Of a stretch of DNA of 64,000 bases, positions 12,491 to 25,242 are shown in pieces. Every line of letters begins with the position of its first letter. Position 1 is the first letter of the stretch. Made by a program: the position numbers and the translations under genes. Origin of the DNA: Lama guanicoe (taxonomy: Eukaryota); the NCBI GenBank assembly GCA_013239625.1, contig MU054391.1, positions 5,849,824 to 5,913,823 of the forward strand, given 5' to 3'. Under the pieces are notes generated by a model. That model did not search any database and was not told where the DNA came from. It saw only the letters and a list, made by a program, of their open reading frames with translations.

Positions 12491-14759
12491 GGGCTTGCAC
12501 GTATGCTGCATGTTACAAATGACAGGTCACATCTAGTATAGAGCAGGGATTTCTGACCCTAAATCAAATTTCTTTCCTTCATACCACATTCTTCTTTTTA
12601 GCTAAAAGAAAACCTTAAGAAAAACATGAGGAATGTCCATGTTCTTTTTCTAAAAATCTAGGCAGAACATCGGTTCAATTAAAAAAAAATTTCATATCTA
12701 CTATTTCTAAAGAAATTCCATGTCTGTTTAATAACTTTCCTTGACTTTAGAATTCACAAGTAAGTTCTTGTTTTGAAGGTGTTTGTTCTTTACGAGACTT
12801 GGCTAGCCTCACGTCGTGTCCTCAGGGCTGCCTGTGGCCTGCATCTGGGTCAGGGCCTGTCCTCGGGGCTCAGGTCTCTTAAAGCAGTGTCCCCCAACTG
12901 TCTGTGGTGAGACCATATCTTTTATTTCAACATGAACTACTTCTGCTTCTGTAAAATACAAGAAAAATTCAAACGAATTGCTAGAAAAGTAAAATAAAAC
13001 ATGAAGTCATGCAAACTAAAGGCTCCAATTTTTTATTGTTTGATTCAGCAGACATTCTAATTGCTTTCCAAATGCTGACTCAGTTTCTGCGTGGTGTTAC
13101 TCGGGCTGTACTGTCTATGGACTGATACTGGCCCACAGCTCACATTCTGACTTCTGCTGTGTGAGAGGATGTCAGCACCAGTTAGCATGAGCTCAGGTTT
13201 CCACATCAGATGGTAAAGACCAGGAGAAGGAACAGCACTGATTTGTGCTCTTAAACAAATTTTGTTTTAATATCAAGACTTTTCGAGGGAGGCTCCTGTA
13301 TTGGTAGCTGATTTAGAAAATGGAAAAGAGGAAAGGCTTCATGAATAGTCCCAAGTTATTTTATTACTTGGCAGACGTACAAAGTTTAGAAGCCAGTTCT
13401 CTCTGTTGTGTGAGTGCGTGCCGATGCACTCTGTGAATCAGAAGGCCTTTTCTTCAAGTTGCAAACTTGTGGTTTGGGACAGCACGTGGTTTCGTTTTCT
13501 GGTGTTGCTCCTTGTGTGCTCATCTGTACATTTAGATCACATGTGATGGGAACATATCATCCAAGTTCTTGGAGAGCATGTCAGATATGAGGCCAGAGTC
13601 CATCACTGTGTTTTTATTGCTCGGCTGTGAGCTCTGTTGGTGGTAAAAGGAAATCACACAAAACCAGGCATCCGCATGTAGCAGGGCTCTGTGTGGCCTG
13701 TCACCAGGGGCCCAGTCACCTCGGCCTTCATGGGGCTGGCTTTCTCTGTAAGGCCCCTGAAAAATACTCCCTACCTGCTTCCCCTTTGCTGCAGTAGAGG
13801 TCTACACGGAGAGGAAATCGTTGGTCTCCTCTCCCGCTTGCAGCCCTCGTGTGTGTAGGAGTGGTGGTGAGTGTCCTATAATAGCGAGGTACCTAAGGGA
13901 CACAGCAGGTGAAACTAGACACTGTGCTCATCCCCAGTTTTTAATCTCAGCTGTTACGGGTAATATAATATCCTGCATGAGAAGACAACGTGTATGTGCT
14001 GTGTGTAATTAATTTTCAAAGTCCTTGAACCTTTCAAACCCGTGAAACCCACTGTGACCCCACCCCTTCTGAATCTGTGCCTCTAGTTTTAACCTTGTGG
14101 TTGATTGTCCTGGGTCTGTCCTGTGCTGCCTCTTCTCTGGGGACTCTCTTGAGTCCCTCTTTTCTCAGCTTTGACTCACTTGCTACTTGGTGCCTGTCCG
14201 TTCATTTCCCTTTGCTGGCTCTTACAGCTCTCACGTGTTACAAACCTACACGTCCACATTTGTAGTACAGATTGTGCATTTGTAGTAAGAAACTAGAAAT
14301 AAGACATCTTTTGATGTCCTTCAGAGGTATTTACATTGTTTTTCTCTTCTAAGAAGAACGTTTCATCAGCACTCTATTACGAATTGCTTAACTAGTTTGG
14401 TAAATGGAATTTGCTCTTACTTCAGAAGTAGCAGCAGTTCAGCACTTTTTCAGAGAAAACAGGAACAGACATTGGCGCCCTAACCAATGGAAATGTGGCC
14501 GCTCCCCTTTGTGTGAGCTCGTATATACACCCCTGGTCCATCCTGACAGAGAAGAGTGTCGTTGGCGCTTACTTCCCGCAGCTGGCCTTCTCCTTCATCA
14601 GAGTGATGGTCACTGTAGCTGTGACTGGGAGCAGACGGTCCAGGTTAACTCTGTGTCCCGCGGCCTGGCGGGATTGCCCCGGATCGGTCTCCTTAGTTGT
14701 TGACCGAGAGAAAGAAAGAGTCAAAACAGCTTGACAGGTTCTCCATGATGTCATGGGAT

Positions 14760-16310
14760 TTTCTGTAACATTCCTGCAGTGTGTGTACCTATTGCTGCCA
14801 AAGGCTTTCAGCTCTTGTTTGTCTGAACCTTTATTTCACTTTCAACTTTGAAAGCTCTCTTTGCTAGCTATAAAATTCTGGTTGACTCTTTTTCCTAACA
14901 GTGTTTAAAGATACAGCTCTTCCCTCTTCACGCTCCTGTTGTTTCTGATGAGAAATCGCTCATCGTTATCTGTGTTCTTCTGTATTAAACACGTCCTTTT
15001 TTTTTTTTCTATGACTTTTTAAGATTGTCTCTTTTTACTGGTTTTGAGTCCTTGATGTGTGTCTCTCGGCTTCTTAGAGCTCATTGAGCCTCTGGAATCT
15101 GTGGGTTTACAGTTTTCATCACGTGTGAAACCTTTCAGCTGTTACTTCTTCACCTGTGTTTGCAACTTCCTCCTTTGAGAACGCCCGTCACACGTGGTCC
15201 GGCTGCTTGAAGGTGTCCCACGGCTCACTGATGCTCTTTTTATTTTTTTGGACAGCCTTTTCTCTCTGTGTTTCATTTTGGATAGTTCCGATTTTATGCC
15301 CTAAAGTTTCCCCCGTCTTTCCTTTTGCCTTATCTGCACGGTGTAATCCTTTCCCCTGTATTTTTCATCCCAGACGTAGTTTTCATCTCTAGAATATCCA
15401 TTCGAATCTGTTTCATAACTTTCAAGCTTCTTTTTACCACGTTCAGTTTTTTCCACTGGCTTTGACCATACGAACTGCAGCCTCAGCGGCTGTGTTAACT
15501 AAGTAACTTCCGTGTCGGTTCTGGGTTGTCTCGGTGGCTTGATCATCCTCCGCACTTGTGCTCTCCTGCCTCCCTGGCTGCCTGCAGCCTCGCTGGATGC
15601 CAGACGTCCTGAGTTTTACCTTGTTGGGTGCTGGGTGCTTTTGTAATCCTGTGACTCGTCTTGAGCTTTGTCATGAGGTCTAGTGATGTTCCTCGGAAAC
15701 AGTTTGACCCCTTTGGGTCTCGCATTTGCAGTTTGAGTGGTGGATCTGAACCAGTGCTCAGAGTCAGGCCCGTTATTGTCCACTTCTGAGGCGAGGTGTT
15801 CCTGACTCTGCCACCACGGCCCTGTGGATTGGGTGTGTTTTCAGTCTGATTGCTGGGCACAGGCACCGTTTTGGGCCCTGCGTGAGTGTCGGGCCCTGCT
15901 CTCTCGTCTTTTCAGATGGTTTTTATTCCCCGACCGTGGCTGGCTTCCTTACCCCTGTGCTCTCTCTGCTGAGTCCTCGGGGGCCCTCTGAAGACCTCTG
16001 GGTTCTTTCTCCTGTAACTTTCCTCTTGGTCACTTTGGCTCGCCACCTTGATGTCTGTGGGCTTCATCTCTGCCTCCCCAGTCTGGGGAACCTGGCCCAA
16101 GGAGCCCGCCGGACACCCCTCCCTGGGCCGCAGCCTGGAAGCCCCGGGAGGGCGGGCCGCCCCCGGAGGGCTCGCCGCGCATGCTTCCTGCTTCTCAAGA
16201 ATTACTGTTCTTCACTGCCTCGTGGTTGGAGCCTTAAAAAATCCCTTGTCATGCATTTTGTTGTTTCCTTTTTTGGTCATTTCTGTGTGGAGGGTGGCTC
16301 TGGTCTGCGT
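14760..16310 (-). mobile_element. Old L1M fragment (ORF1/5' region, antisense)
   Basis: T-rich, with typical antisense L1M phrases (tataaaattctggttgac, tgtttctgatgagaaatc, cattgagcctctggaatctgtgggttt); boundaries approximate. Confidence 0.6.
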
Positions 16311-17484
16311 TATTTCATCTTAGCGTTCTTTGTAGGTAGAGCTCACGAGTCAGGAGAGGAATGTCCTGTTTTGTACAACGACCTTTAAGGGGGTATGCTT
16401 TATCATCTCAGTGAAGTTATTGTTAGGCTGTTGGAAGGGACTGAGAGAAACCAGCCCCGACAGTCATGGCTAGCAGACTGGCGATACTTGCCTCTTCTCT
16501 GTCCGGGAGGTAATGTCAGGGTTACACAGCGGTGTTCATAAGCAGGTTGCGTGTTTACTGATACGTTAGCAGATGAAAACCTTCTGAAAGAGGCAGAAGG
16601 TGGTTTTGTATTCCATATTTTAAAATGTGATTTTATTGTATAATAATGTTAAAATGAGTGGGATGATTTTTATTGCCTCTTTCTGCTAACAGAGAATTTA
16701 TTTACAGAAAAATAAGCCAGCAGTTCATACTTACCTGGATGACTTTGTAAAGAAATCTGTGCCATCCAGAAATAAATGTCAGTAGGTCAAGCAAAATGAC
16801 TAATGAGTAGTTTTGTTTTTATTGCACTTACTTGCTTAGTTTTAGGCCGTGTTTGTTACTCATGTGCTCGTGGGTTCAGTTGTGTGGCACGGCCGTTCTT
16901 TGTATAGTTGGTGCACACTGTGTGTATATGTGCTCTCTGTAGGCCTGGGAGTACACGTTTTTTTTTTTAGTGACTGCAGATTTCTAGTTAAATGTTTGCT
17001 TTTGTGAGTCGTAGTTGGTCAAATCTGTCACTTAGTTGATGCCAAGTCCTTCTGTGGACAGAAGCACAGCTTTCAGTGACCACTTTGCCCCTACAGGGAA
17101 GTGCAGTCAGAGTCGGATCAACTTGTATTTGCTCCTTGGTTTTCTTGTTACTAGGCAACGAGAGAAGTCGCTTGTGTCTTTGAAGCCGGTGTGTGATACA
17201 TTAGCAGATTTTCTTGGCCTTCCATTTAATTTGGCCACATCCATTGTTGAGGGAAATTTTGCTCTATTTGTTTTTTAAACAAATGTTTTCCTGGAATTTC
17301 ATATAGTTAAAAATAGCTTTAAGACTGGGCTTTTCTGAGGAAACTACTATGATAAGCTCTGTGAATATAATAAGCAACACGGTTCATCTCCAAGGAAGAG
17401 ATACTTTCCCCCCACTGGTCAGGAGGAGAGTTAGGTATTCTCAAGGGGATCAGATAAACAAGAGTGTCTTCTCTTGACTTACAG

Positions 17485-17536
17485 GGAGCTGAACGGAAAA
17501 TCAGGGATGAAGAGCGAAAACAAAGCAAAAGAAAAG
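17485..17536 (+). CDS. GRHL1: GRHL1 coding exon (probably exon 10), short form ending at a GC donor; extends to 17572 with the alternative GT donor
   Basis: ttacag|GGAGCT...; encodes GAERKIRDEERKQSKRK; donor AAAAG|gcaagt at 17537 or GCCT|gtaagt at 17573, both phase 1. Confidence 0.93.
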
Positions 17537-18854
17537 GCAAGTGTCCTGACCCCAGCTCCCAGCTGAACGCCTGTAAGTAGAAGTATTTCCACCGAGTGTT
17601 TTAGACCTTTTCCACCCAGAACAGTGACTGGGGTTTTCAAGCAGAGGATAGAGTAGTGGATATTTTCTTAACTACTGTGAAGTGGTGGCTTTGCTTCTTT
17701 ACGAGGTACAAAAACAGATGAAGGGCTAAACTAAGTGCTTTTCTTAGGGAACTACTGGCAGGATTCCTGAATTTTCCCAGAGTTCAGACCATTTTGGCTC
17801 TTTGGCTCCATAGTTCAGGTTGCTGGGTCCAGTCCTGAAAGATTACACACATTCCACCCGAATAGCTGACGATGAAATTGGAACTTACCTAACATTTTAA
17901 GAACAATAATAACATCCTTTGGAATTCAGATTGTTTTAATTCCAAATGAGTGCAGTTTTCTTAGGTTGTGCATTCTAACACTTGCAAACTCTATAGGCTT
18001 CTGTTTGGACATTTCACCAGGAAAGCTTTCTTCTTTTTTCTTTTTCTTTTTCTTTTTTTTAATGTGACCCATATTCATACGCACAAAATCCTGTAGCTCT
18101 CAGCTAAAAGGAGAAAGAGCAGGCTGCTCTGTGCGGGTGCTGCCTCACCTGCAGGGCGTGGGCGGCCACGCCTGCTCTCTGAGCATCCGGGGACTTTGGC
18201 CTGAAGCACGTTAGTCCGGGCTCTCCCGCCAGCATCAAAGTGCAGACTCGTGAAGTCACTTCAGGAAGCAGCTAACTACCTTGGAGAGCTCATCACTGAG
18301 CACTTCAGGGCCAGACGGTGGAGGAGGATGGAGTCTATAATTTAATACCTAAAAACTAGACAATCATGCTGACTCTTACCCTTCCTGAGGTCTGGTTCTG
18401 AAGATGAAGGTGTGAGGTTAAGGTGCATATTCTGATGTCGAAGAGGACGTTGCTGTTGGAATAAATTATTTAATGAGGAGAGCTAAGGTGAAATTGCTCC
18501 TGAGTTACGTTTATACAGTCATAAGTTTTAGTCTTTCAGACAAAACCTCAGCATGCTTTGCCTCTGTTCCAGATCTTCTGTATGTATGTGTCTGTGTGTG
18601 TTTAAAGATGCCTTTTTCTCTTCTGGTTTTGATAAGATTTGCAATTGATTTTTAGTGTAAATTCAAACAACCTGTTTCTTCACGTAAGCTGTGATTTTTT
18701 CTCAGTTCAGGCAGCATGACCTGTGTCTCATATTCTGCTACAATTTAAATTTCTTAAACAGTAAGGAAAATGCTCTGGCCTGCGTGAGTCTGTGTATGTA
18801 AGCTGTTGACTGTAGTGTCCTGTTTTTGTTTTTGTTTTTTTCTTTTTTTTTAAG

Positions 18855-18994
18855 TTTCTGATGTTAAAGTGCCACTGCTCCCCTCTCACAAACGAATGGA
18901 TATCACAGTTTTCAAGCCCTTTCTTGATCTGGACACTCAGCCTGTCCTCTTCATCCCTGACGTGCACTTCGCCAACCTGCAGCGGGGCGCTCAC
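18855..18994 (+). CDS. GRHL1: GRHL1 coding exon (probably exon 11)
   Basis: poly-T tract + aag|TTTCTGAT...GCTCAC|gtaggt; 140 nt encoding (V/F)[46 protein letters not shown]. Confidence 0.96.
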
Positions 18995-19649
18995 GTAGGT
19001 AACCAGGATCCCAGGGTGGCTGCAAGAAAGTGAAACTCCACAAAGGGAAAGTCTTTGGTATTATTCATCGTAAACAAAAGCCAAAGCTTAGTGAGGCTGG
19101 CCCAGGGTTTGGGGTCAGCTCTCTGGAGTGCTCCGTCTTGGTGACTCGATGTCCTTGCAGCAGGGTGTGTTTAACCCTGCTGCTTTGGAACCGCAGTGCC
19201 AGACCCAGCAGCTAAATCCTGGGTGTGTTTATATATTTATATCTTAGCTCATTTAAAAGATGCTGGAATAGTAACATGGAGTTTGAGTCTGTGATCTTGT
19301 GAATTTAACTTACATGGGCCTGGAGAGGAGGGAAGAGCCAGAGGAAAACCTAGGGTAGGGGCCTTAATGGCACAGAAAACATTCAAGGGCTTTATGGTTT
19401 CAGTTAATGGATCATCACTGGCGCATGTCTGGCCGTGTCTTGGCAACTAATGTGAAATACAACAAATAGTCACGCTCCACTTGGAGCAGAAGCTCCGAGG
19501 TAGGGCCTCCATGCTGAGTGCAAATAAAAACCCACAAGACACCTGCGAGCGCCTGACACAGCCTCCCACAGGCCGACGCGTTTTCAGAGCCCTTCGGGAA
19601 GGCCGCTGTTGCCGTGTTCAGTTCCTAGTGAGAAGCTTTGGGGTGAGCG

Positions 19650-19861
19650 GGGGCTGGCAGTCTGTGTTGTAAAGGGTTGAGTAATGAACATTTTAGGCTT
19701 TTGGGGGTCTGTTGTGACTGCTCACCTCTGCTGTTGTGGTGCCAAAACCACCGTAAACACTGCGCCATGAATGAGCCTGGCCTTGTTCTGGTGAACACTT
19801 TATTTACATAAACAGGCCTTGGGCCAGACTCGGCCCCTGGGCTGTGGTTTGCCAACCCCTG
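19650..19861 (-). mobile_element. MER58A-like DNA transposon relic
   Basis: ggggctggcag...gtaaagggt...attttaggcttt...actttatttacataaacaggc...gtggtttgccaacccctg. Confidence 0.75.
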
Positions 19862-20050
19862 AGTTAGAGGAGTTCAGGGCAGCCCTGAGAGTCTGGTTAT
19901 GGGGAAATAAGGCTAAAGGATTTTGTATGAGATGGGTCAAATTCAAAACTATTTTCATTTTAGAAACAATTCGTTTAAGGTCTGCAATATTTAGCACATG
20001 CTTGAAAAGCAATCTGTTTTTCTTTCTTCCTTTTTTCTTTTTTGTCCTAG

Positions 20051-20088
20051 GTCCTTCCCATCACCTCAGAAGAATTGGAGGTTGAAGG
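20051..20088 (+). CDS. GRHL1: GRHL1 short coding exon (probably exon 12)
   Basis: tcctag|GTCCTT...GAAGG|gtaaga; 38 nt encoding VLPITSEELEVEG; phases match both flanking exons. Confidence 0.93.
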
Positions 20089-20109
20089 GTAAGATTTGTG
20101 TTTCGTTTT

Positions 20110-21070
20110 GTTTTAATAAATTCTTTTCCTTTTGAAACAATATCAAACCTACAGATTACAAGTACAATACAAAGAATTCATTTTTTCCTGAGCTGTTTGA
20201 GAGTTAGTTGCCAGCCCAGTGAGCCATCACTCCTAAGTACACTGGTGTGTATTTCCGCAAACAAGGATTCCTCCTGCACAGCAGTCAAAGTCAGGATATT
20301 AACACTGAGAACTCAGTACCAGCCAGTCCTCATACCCCGTCCAGGCTTTGCCAGTTGTTCCAATAATGTGGCAAAAAAGGATCCAGCTGAGACTCATACA
20401 ATGCATTTAGTTGTCCCATCTCCTTAATCTCCTTCAGTCTGGAACAGTCTCAGTCTCTCCTTGACTTTCCTGAGCTGCAAGCCAGCTGTTTTGTAGGACG
20501 CCCCTCTGTTTTCCCTTGGCTGGGTTAGATCATGCCTCTCTGCAGGACTGTCACACACGAGGCCTCGCCCTGTGTGTCCTGCTGGGTGGGACACCGTCAG
20601 TGCACCCCTCCCCTCGGCTGACAGCGTTCCCTCCGATCACTTGATTAAGGTGGTGTCTGCCAGGCTTCAGCACTGTGGAATATTCTTCCTCCTTTTGTAG
20701 TTAGTGTTTTGTGAGGAGGTGCTTTGTAGCTTTGTACATATCTCATTCCTTGTCAGACTTTGAATTTCTTCACTGATATATTTATATCAGTATGGACTCA
20801 TGGTTTCCCGTTTTATTCAGTAAGTTGTGACCTACATCATTTACTCTGCTCACATTGTCTCGGGGGCCGGCGGGATCCCTCAGGCTTGCTCCTGGGTCCC
20901 TTTGACGTGACCCTCCCACCCCCCACTGCTCAAGCACTTCCTCACTTTCAGGCCTAGTGTGTTCCCGGCACTTGTGTTTTCTCCTCTTCAGCCCTAGAAT
21001 CAGCCTCTTCTCCAGGAAACCCTGGTTCCTCGTGGTGGAAACCCAGAGGAGGCCCCCGGGTGTGCTCGCT
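20110..21070 (-). mobile_element. Old L1MC-type 3' fragment
   Basis: ttttgaaacaatatcaaacc...tgcatttagttgtcccatctccttaatctccttcagtctggaacag...cacttgattaaggtggtgtctgccagg...atcagtatggactcatgg. Confidence 0.65.
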
Positions 21071-22136
21071 GCTGTTGAGGTGTTGCTGCTCCTCCTTGGC
21101 CTGCCTGCCCGCAGCCCCCTGCTCAGTGCTCTGCCGTGTTGAGGGTCCAGTCCCCTCTCTGGGCCATCCTAGCTCCCCATGCCCGCCCACACTGGCCACA
21201 GGCCTTTCCTCGAAGGCCGGTTCTCCAGCATAAATCCTGCAGGTGCTTTTGAGGCCTGTTACGTGGTGGAAACTGAGACAGACTGAATATTTTAAGGCCC
21301 AATCCCTATTCCTAAAGTGGTGATTCTGCTTGAAAACAAGCACTTACCTCATTTTCAGTTAGTTTTTCAGTTGCTTTACTGTGTTCTTGCTCACCTGCTC
21401 TGAACTGCACCCGGAACTTGTGCCTTTGACAACCACTCTGATCTTTTCAGTCCTTTCTTCTATAAACATTTTCCCCTTTTTATGTCCACTGACACTGCTG
21501 TATTTTACCCCTTTGGAATTTTATGTTGTGATTGTCCCCAGAGTCCTCTAGCTGGTTCTTCTGCTTGTAGGTCCTGGAGTCCCCTCCGGTCTCTGCCAGC
21601 ACTCTCGTCCCACAGAACTTTCAGATTCCCTGATACCTACAGCATAAAATCTAAAATTCCATAGAGCTGTGTGACCAGGACTTTCCAGACTAGCTTTGTC
21701 TTCCTGTGGAACATTCTGCTTCAGCCAGCCTGGCTTTGCATTTTCCCCGTCACATTTCCTCCCTTTTTTGACACGCCATCTCCTCTGTTACCACCTTCAC
21801 TTGCATCTCAGACCTTTCCTCCTCCATAAATTTTTTCCTGAAAAGAAATTCCGTTCCTGAGAGGGCAGCTTAAGCCACATAAGGGCCGTGAGGGTCTCTG
21901 GCAGGTGCCTGCCTGTGGTCCCAGCTCGGTCATTCAATAGCCTGGGCCTGCTTCAGTCAGCCTCTTTCCTTGGGCGTCTGATTTTCATCCACAAAATAAG
22001 AAAGCTGGGCCAAATAAAGAACAAAGATCATTTAAAATCTAAACTTTAGTGATATGCCACTCCCCCACCAACTCCTTTTGTTTCTGCAAGTGATTTAAGG
22101 TGAAGTCTCCAATTACATACTTTGGCTCCCCTGCAG

Positions 22137-22228
22137 GTCTAACTTGAAAAGGGGGCCATACGGATCGGAAGAAGATTTTGTGATTCCCCCTCCTGCTAAG
22201 CTGACTCGGGTAGAGGAACCAAAGAGAG
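22137..22228 (+). CDS. GRHL1: GRHL1 coding exon (probably exon 13)
   Basis: ctgcag|GTCTAAC...AAGAGAG|gtgcgt; 92 nt encoding SNLKRGPYGSEEDFVIPPPAKLTRVEEPKR. Confidence 0.94.
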
Positions 22229-22563
22229 GTGCGTTGGTTTACATTTCCTAAGGGAGCTTTAAATTGGAAGTGAGTTCTGAGTCTGTCAAAAGTATCAGTT
22301 GCTCAAACAAATCTTGTCAGTGTTGACTTCCTTGAGTGCTCTTCCATCAGACCTACTCCTGGCTCGAGCTTGGACTTACAGCCGAGCTAAAGGAAGCTGG
22401 AAGTTCTGTTCCTTACGACGGGTTTTGTGTCGCTTCCTGTTTGCTGGCCTTGATGTGCTGTCTCTTTTTATTTTAACCAAAACCCACAATCTGTTTTCTT
22501 ATTTCGTTCCTATCAATGAACTGCGTTTTTCTTCTTCCCTGCTTATTCCTGCCTGGGGACCAG

Positions 22564-22649
22564 TGCTGCTCTATGTGCGAAAGGAGGCAGAAGAAGTCTT
22601 TGATGCCCTGATGCTCAGGACTCCATCTTTGAAAGGCCTCATGGAAGCC
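22564..22649 (+). CDS. GRHL1: GRHL1 coding exon (probably exon 14), dimerisation domain
   Basis: gaccag|TGCTG...GAAGCC|gtaagt; 86 nt encoding [29 protein letters not shown]. Confidence 0.96.
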
Positions 22650-25177
22650 GTAAGTAGTAGAAACTGTAATTCTCTTGAACACTTACATAGAATTATGTTG
22701 GAACAGTTTACCAGACCATCCAAATTCCTTTCTTTGTTGTACTGAAACCTTTCCTGAGTCCAGGCGCCTTGTCTGTGCCTGTGGCACATGCCACGTTTTA
22801 CCTCGCCTCCCATGGTGCTCAGTCGTTGCGGGGCTGCCCCATCACACACCACTGTTGGTGGATGGCAGTCACTCAGCAATGTCTGGTCCGCTGAATTGAG
22901 AATTTGTGATGACCTAGAGAATAGTTTAATTTTCATACACTTGGTTAAAGGGAGATTCCCACTTAAACTACTTAGAAACTAACAAAAATTATTTCAATCA
23001 AATAAAATCTTAAAAGCTTCATGCATAAAACAGTGGCTCTTTGGTCTGCCTTTGAAACTCCTGATCCTGGGGAATGACCGAACTTGTGTCAAGATCACAC
23101 CCAAAGCCTATTTGTGAACATTTAGAGGTGTGGCCAGAGATGACCCTAGGCCCCTCCTGCAGGATCTCAGCAAAGGCCCATAAGCAAAACACCCTGCCTG
23201 CCCTTTGGGACCTCAGGGAGACGTGAGGAGGGTGCCATGCTGGTCCCCCATTTTGGCTTTGGCCCCGGGTGAAATTTACAGAATCAGCACCACATCTTGG
23301 TATTCACAGCCTTGGCCCCCGTAAATCACAGGAACCTTTGAGCTCAGAGCGTGTGCATGAGTGGGCTGGAAATAGGCTTCTCCTGGCTCCCCCTGACCAC
23401 TGCAGTGTGTTGAATTCACTTAACAAATATCTGTTAGGGGCCTGCTTTGTGCCAGGCACCATTCTGGGCACCAGAGTTATAGGCGTACGTGACGGTGCCA
23501 AATGGAGTTTAGGTTCTAGTTAGGAAGGCAGAGAGAATAAGATAAGCAGAGAGACTGCTGTGAAATTGGCCAGGTGCTGATAAATGCGATGGGACAGTGG
23601 TGGGGGCGCTGTCGCGGGGTCTCCCTTGGGAGCTCCACATTCACAGCTCTCGGCGAGCCCCTTCCCCCGCACCACAGCCAACACTGCCCTTGGCACTCCG
23701 CTCTCCGTCATTCTGCTTTCTGTGATTTCTTCTGGCTTCCTCTTCCTTACCTTGCCTCCTGGCAGCCCTTCCTCACTTCATAGGAATCAGGCAAACTCTC
23801 GATTATGGAGAACAAGGAGAGTGTTAAAAAGATTGAGACTCACTGTGCCAGATACAACTTGTCCACAGCTCATAAGGAATTCAGCTTACATCTCCCGGGG
23901 TGGGGACTTCATAAGTAAACAGAGAATTACTATCCTGTGGTACAGAAGAGAAGGGAACTTGTTTGTATGACTGGAGCTTGGATTTGGTTTGAAAAGTGTT
24001 ATGTTTTTAGATTGAAAGCCATCTGCACGTTGGTCTTCAGAGGCCCCGTTTCTCAGTGCGGCCCCCAGCTTTGCCCTCACACTGAGGGCAGGCGGGTGGT
24101 AACCCCGGGGTGAAGGGGGTGGTCTGGACAACAGCTCAAGTACAGAGTTTGATCTCGGCTCAGTCAGTGGCTTGGCCCTGTGGTGATTCAGCCCCTCCCT
24201 TTAACGACGGCTGCCGCGCCCTGAAAGGAAAACCTCCGGAGCCTATCCCGCACTGGTTCCATCGAGCTGTGTGGACCCACCCGCTGGTCACAACAGCGAG
24301 GAGGGGCCGAGGCCGAGGCCCGCCCTGAGTGGCTGCAGCCACCCTAGCCGGCACCCTGCTGCCCTCTGCAGAGGCTCGGGGCAGAGCAGTCCGGGGCACA
24401 GGCCTTGGCTGGGATGCGGGCCTTTGATGTTTCTTCTGGGCCCGCGCCGTGGGATGGTAACTTGTTTTTTTCCTTCTCGTAATTCTGTATCTGAAATTAA
24501 CTCCTTTGTGCGGGACACGCCTTAATCCCACAGCAGTCCTGTGGTGCGTGAGGTGAGAGTCTCTGGTGCGAGGGGGCTGAGGGTTAGGAAGGTCACCTGC
24601 CAACTGAAAGGGAGTCAGAGCAGATTCAGTTCAGGTGCGTCTGACTCCAGAGCAAGGCCTTCACCCAGTGACGGAAGTACAGTGGCTGGATCGATTCGTG
24701 TCGTCGTCCGTTTGTCAGAACCCATGGAGTGTGCAGCCCAGAGAGGGAGCCCCGCTGTGGACTGACTCCAATTGGTAGCATTGCACAGCGTGTGCTCACC
24801 ACGCAGAGCAAAGGCACCGCACGGCGCGAGGTGCTGATGGGGTGGGGAGCAGCTCTGTACTCTGCTCTATTTCTCTATAAATGTAAAACTGTTCTGTAAA
24901 GTATTGATTCTGGAAAACTATGGCCTTACAACACACTAACGACATCTGTAAACTCAGGAGAAATAACAGGCACCTGATTCAAGCTCTCTCCAGAACTGGG
25001 CCCCACCCCCTCTCGGACAGGCTCTCATCCGCGTCTTTGCACGTGCTTTTGTGAAAAATGGAACGCTGAGTGACTGTATCACTATATTAACACATAGACT
25101 GTCTGTGTTTTCAAGCAACGAAAACAGCATTTTGTAATTAACAGCATTTTGTTATTATTTTTCTTCTGCTCTTTTAG

Positions 25178-25242
25178 ATCTCAGACAAATACGATGTTCC
25201 TCAAGACAAGATTGGGAAAATATTCAAGAAGTGTAAAAAAGG
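25178..25242 (+). CDS. GRHL1: GRHL1 coding exon (probably exon 15)
   Basis: ttttag|ATCTCA...AAAAGG|gtgagc; 65 nt encoding ISDKYDVPQDKIGKIFKKCKKG. Confidence 0.96.
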
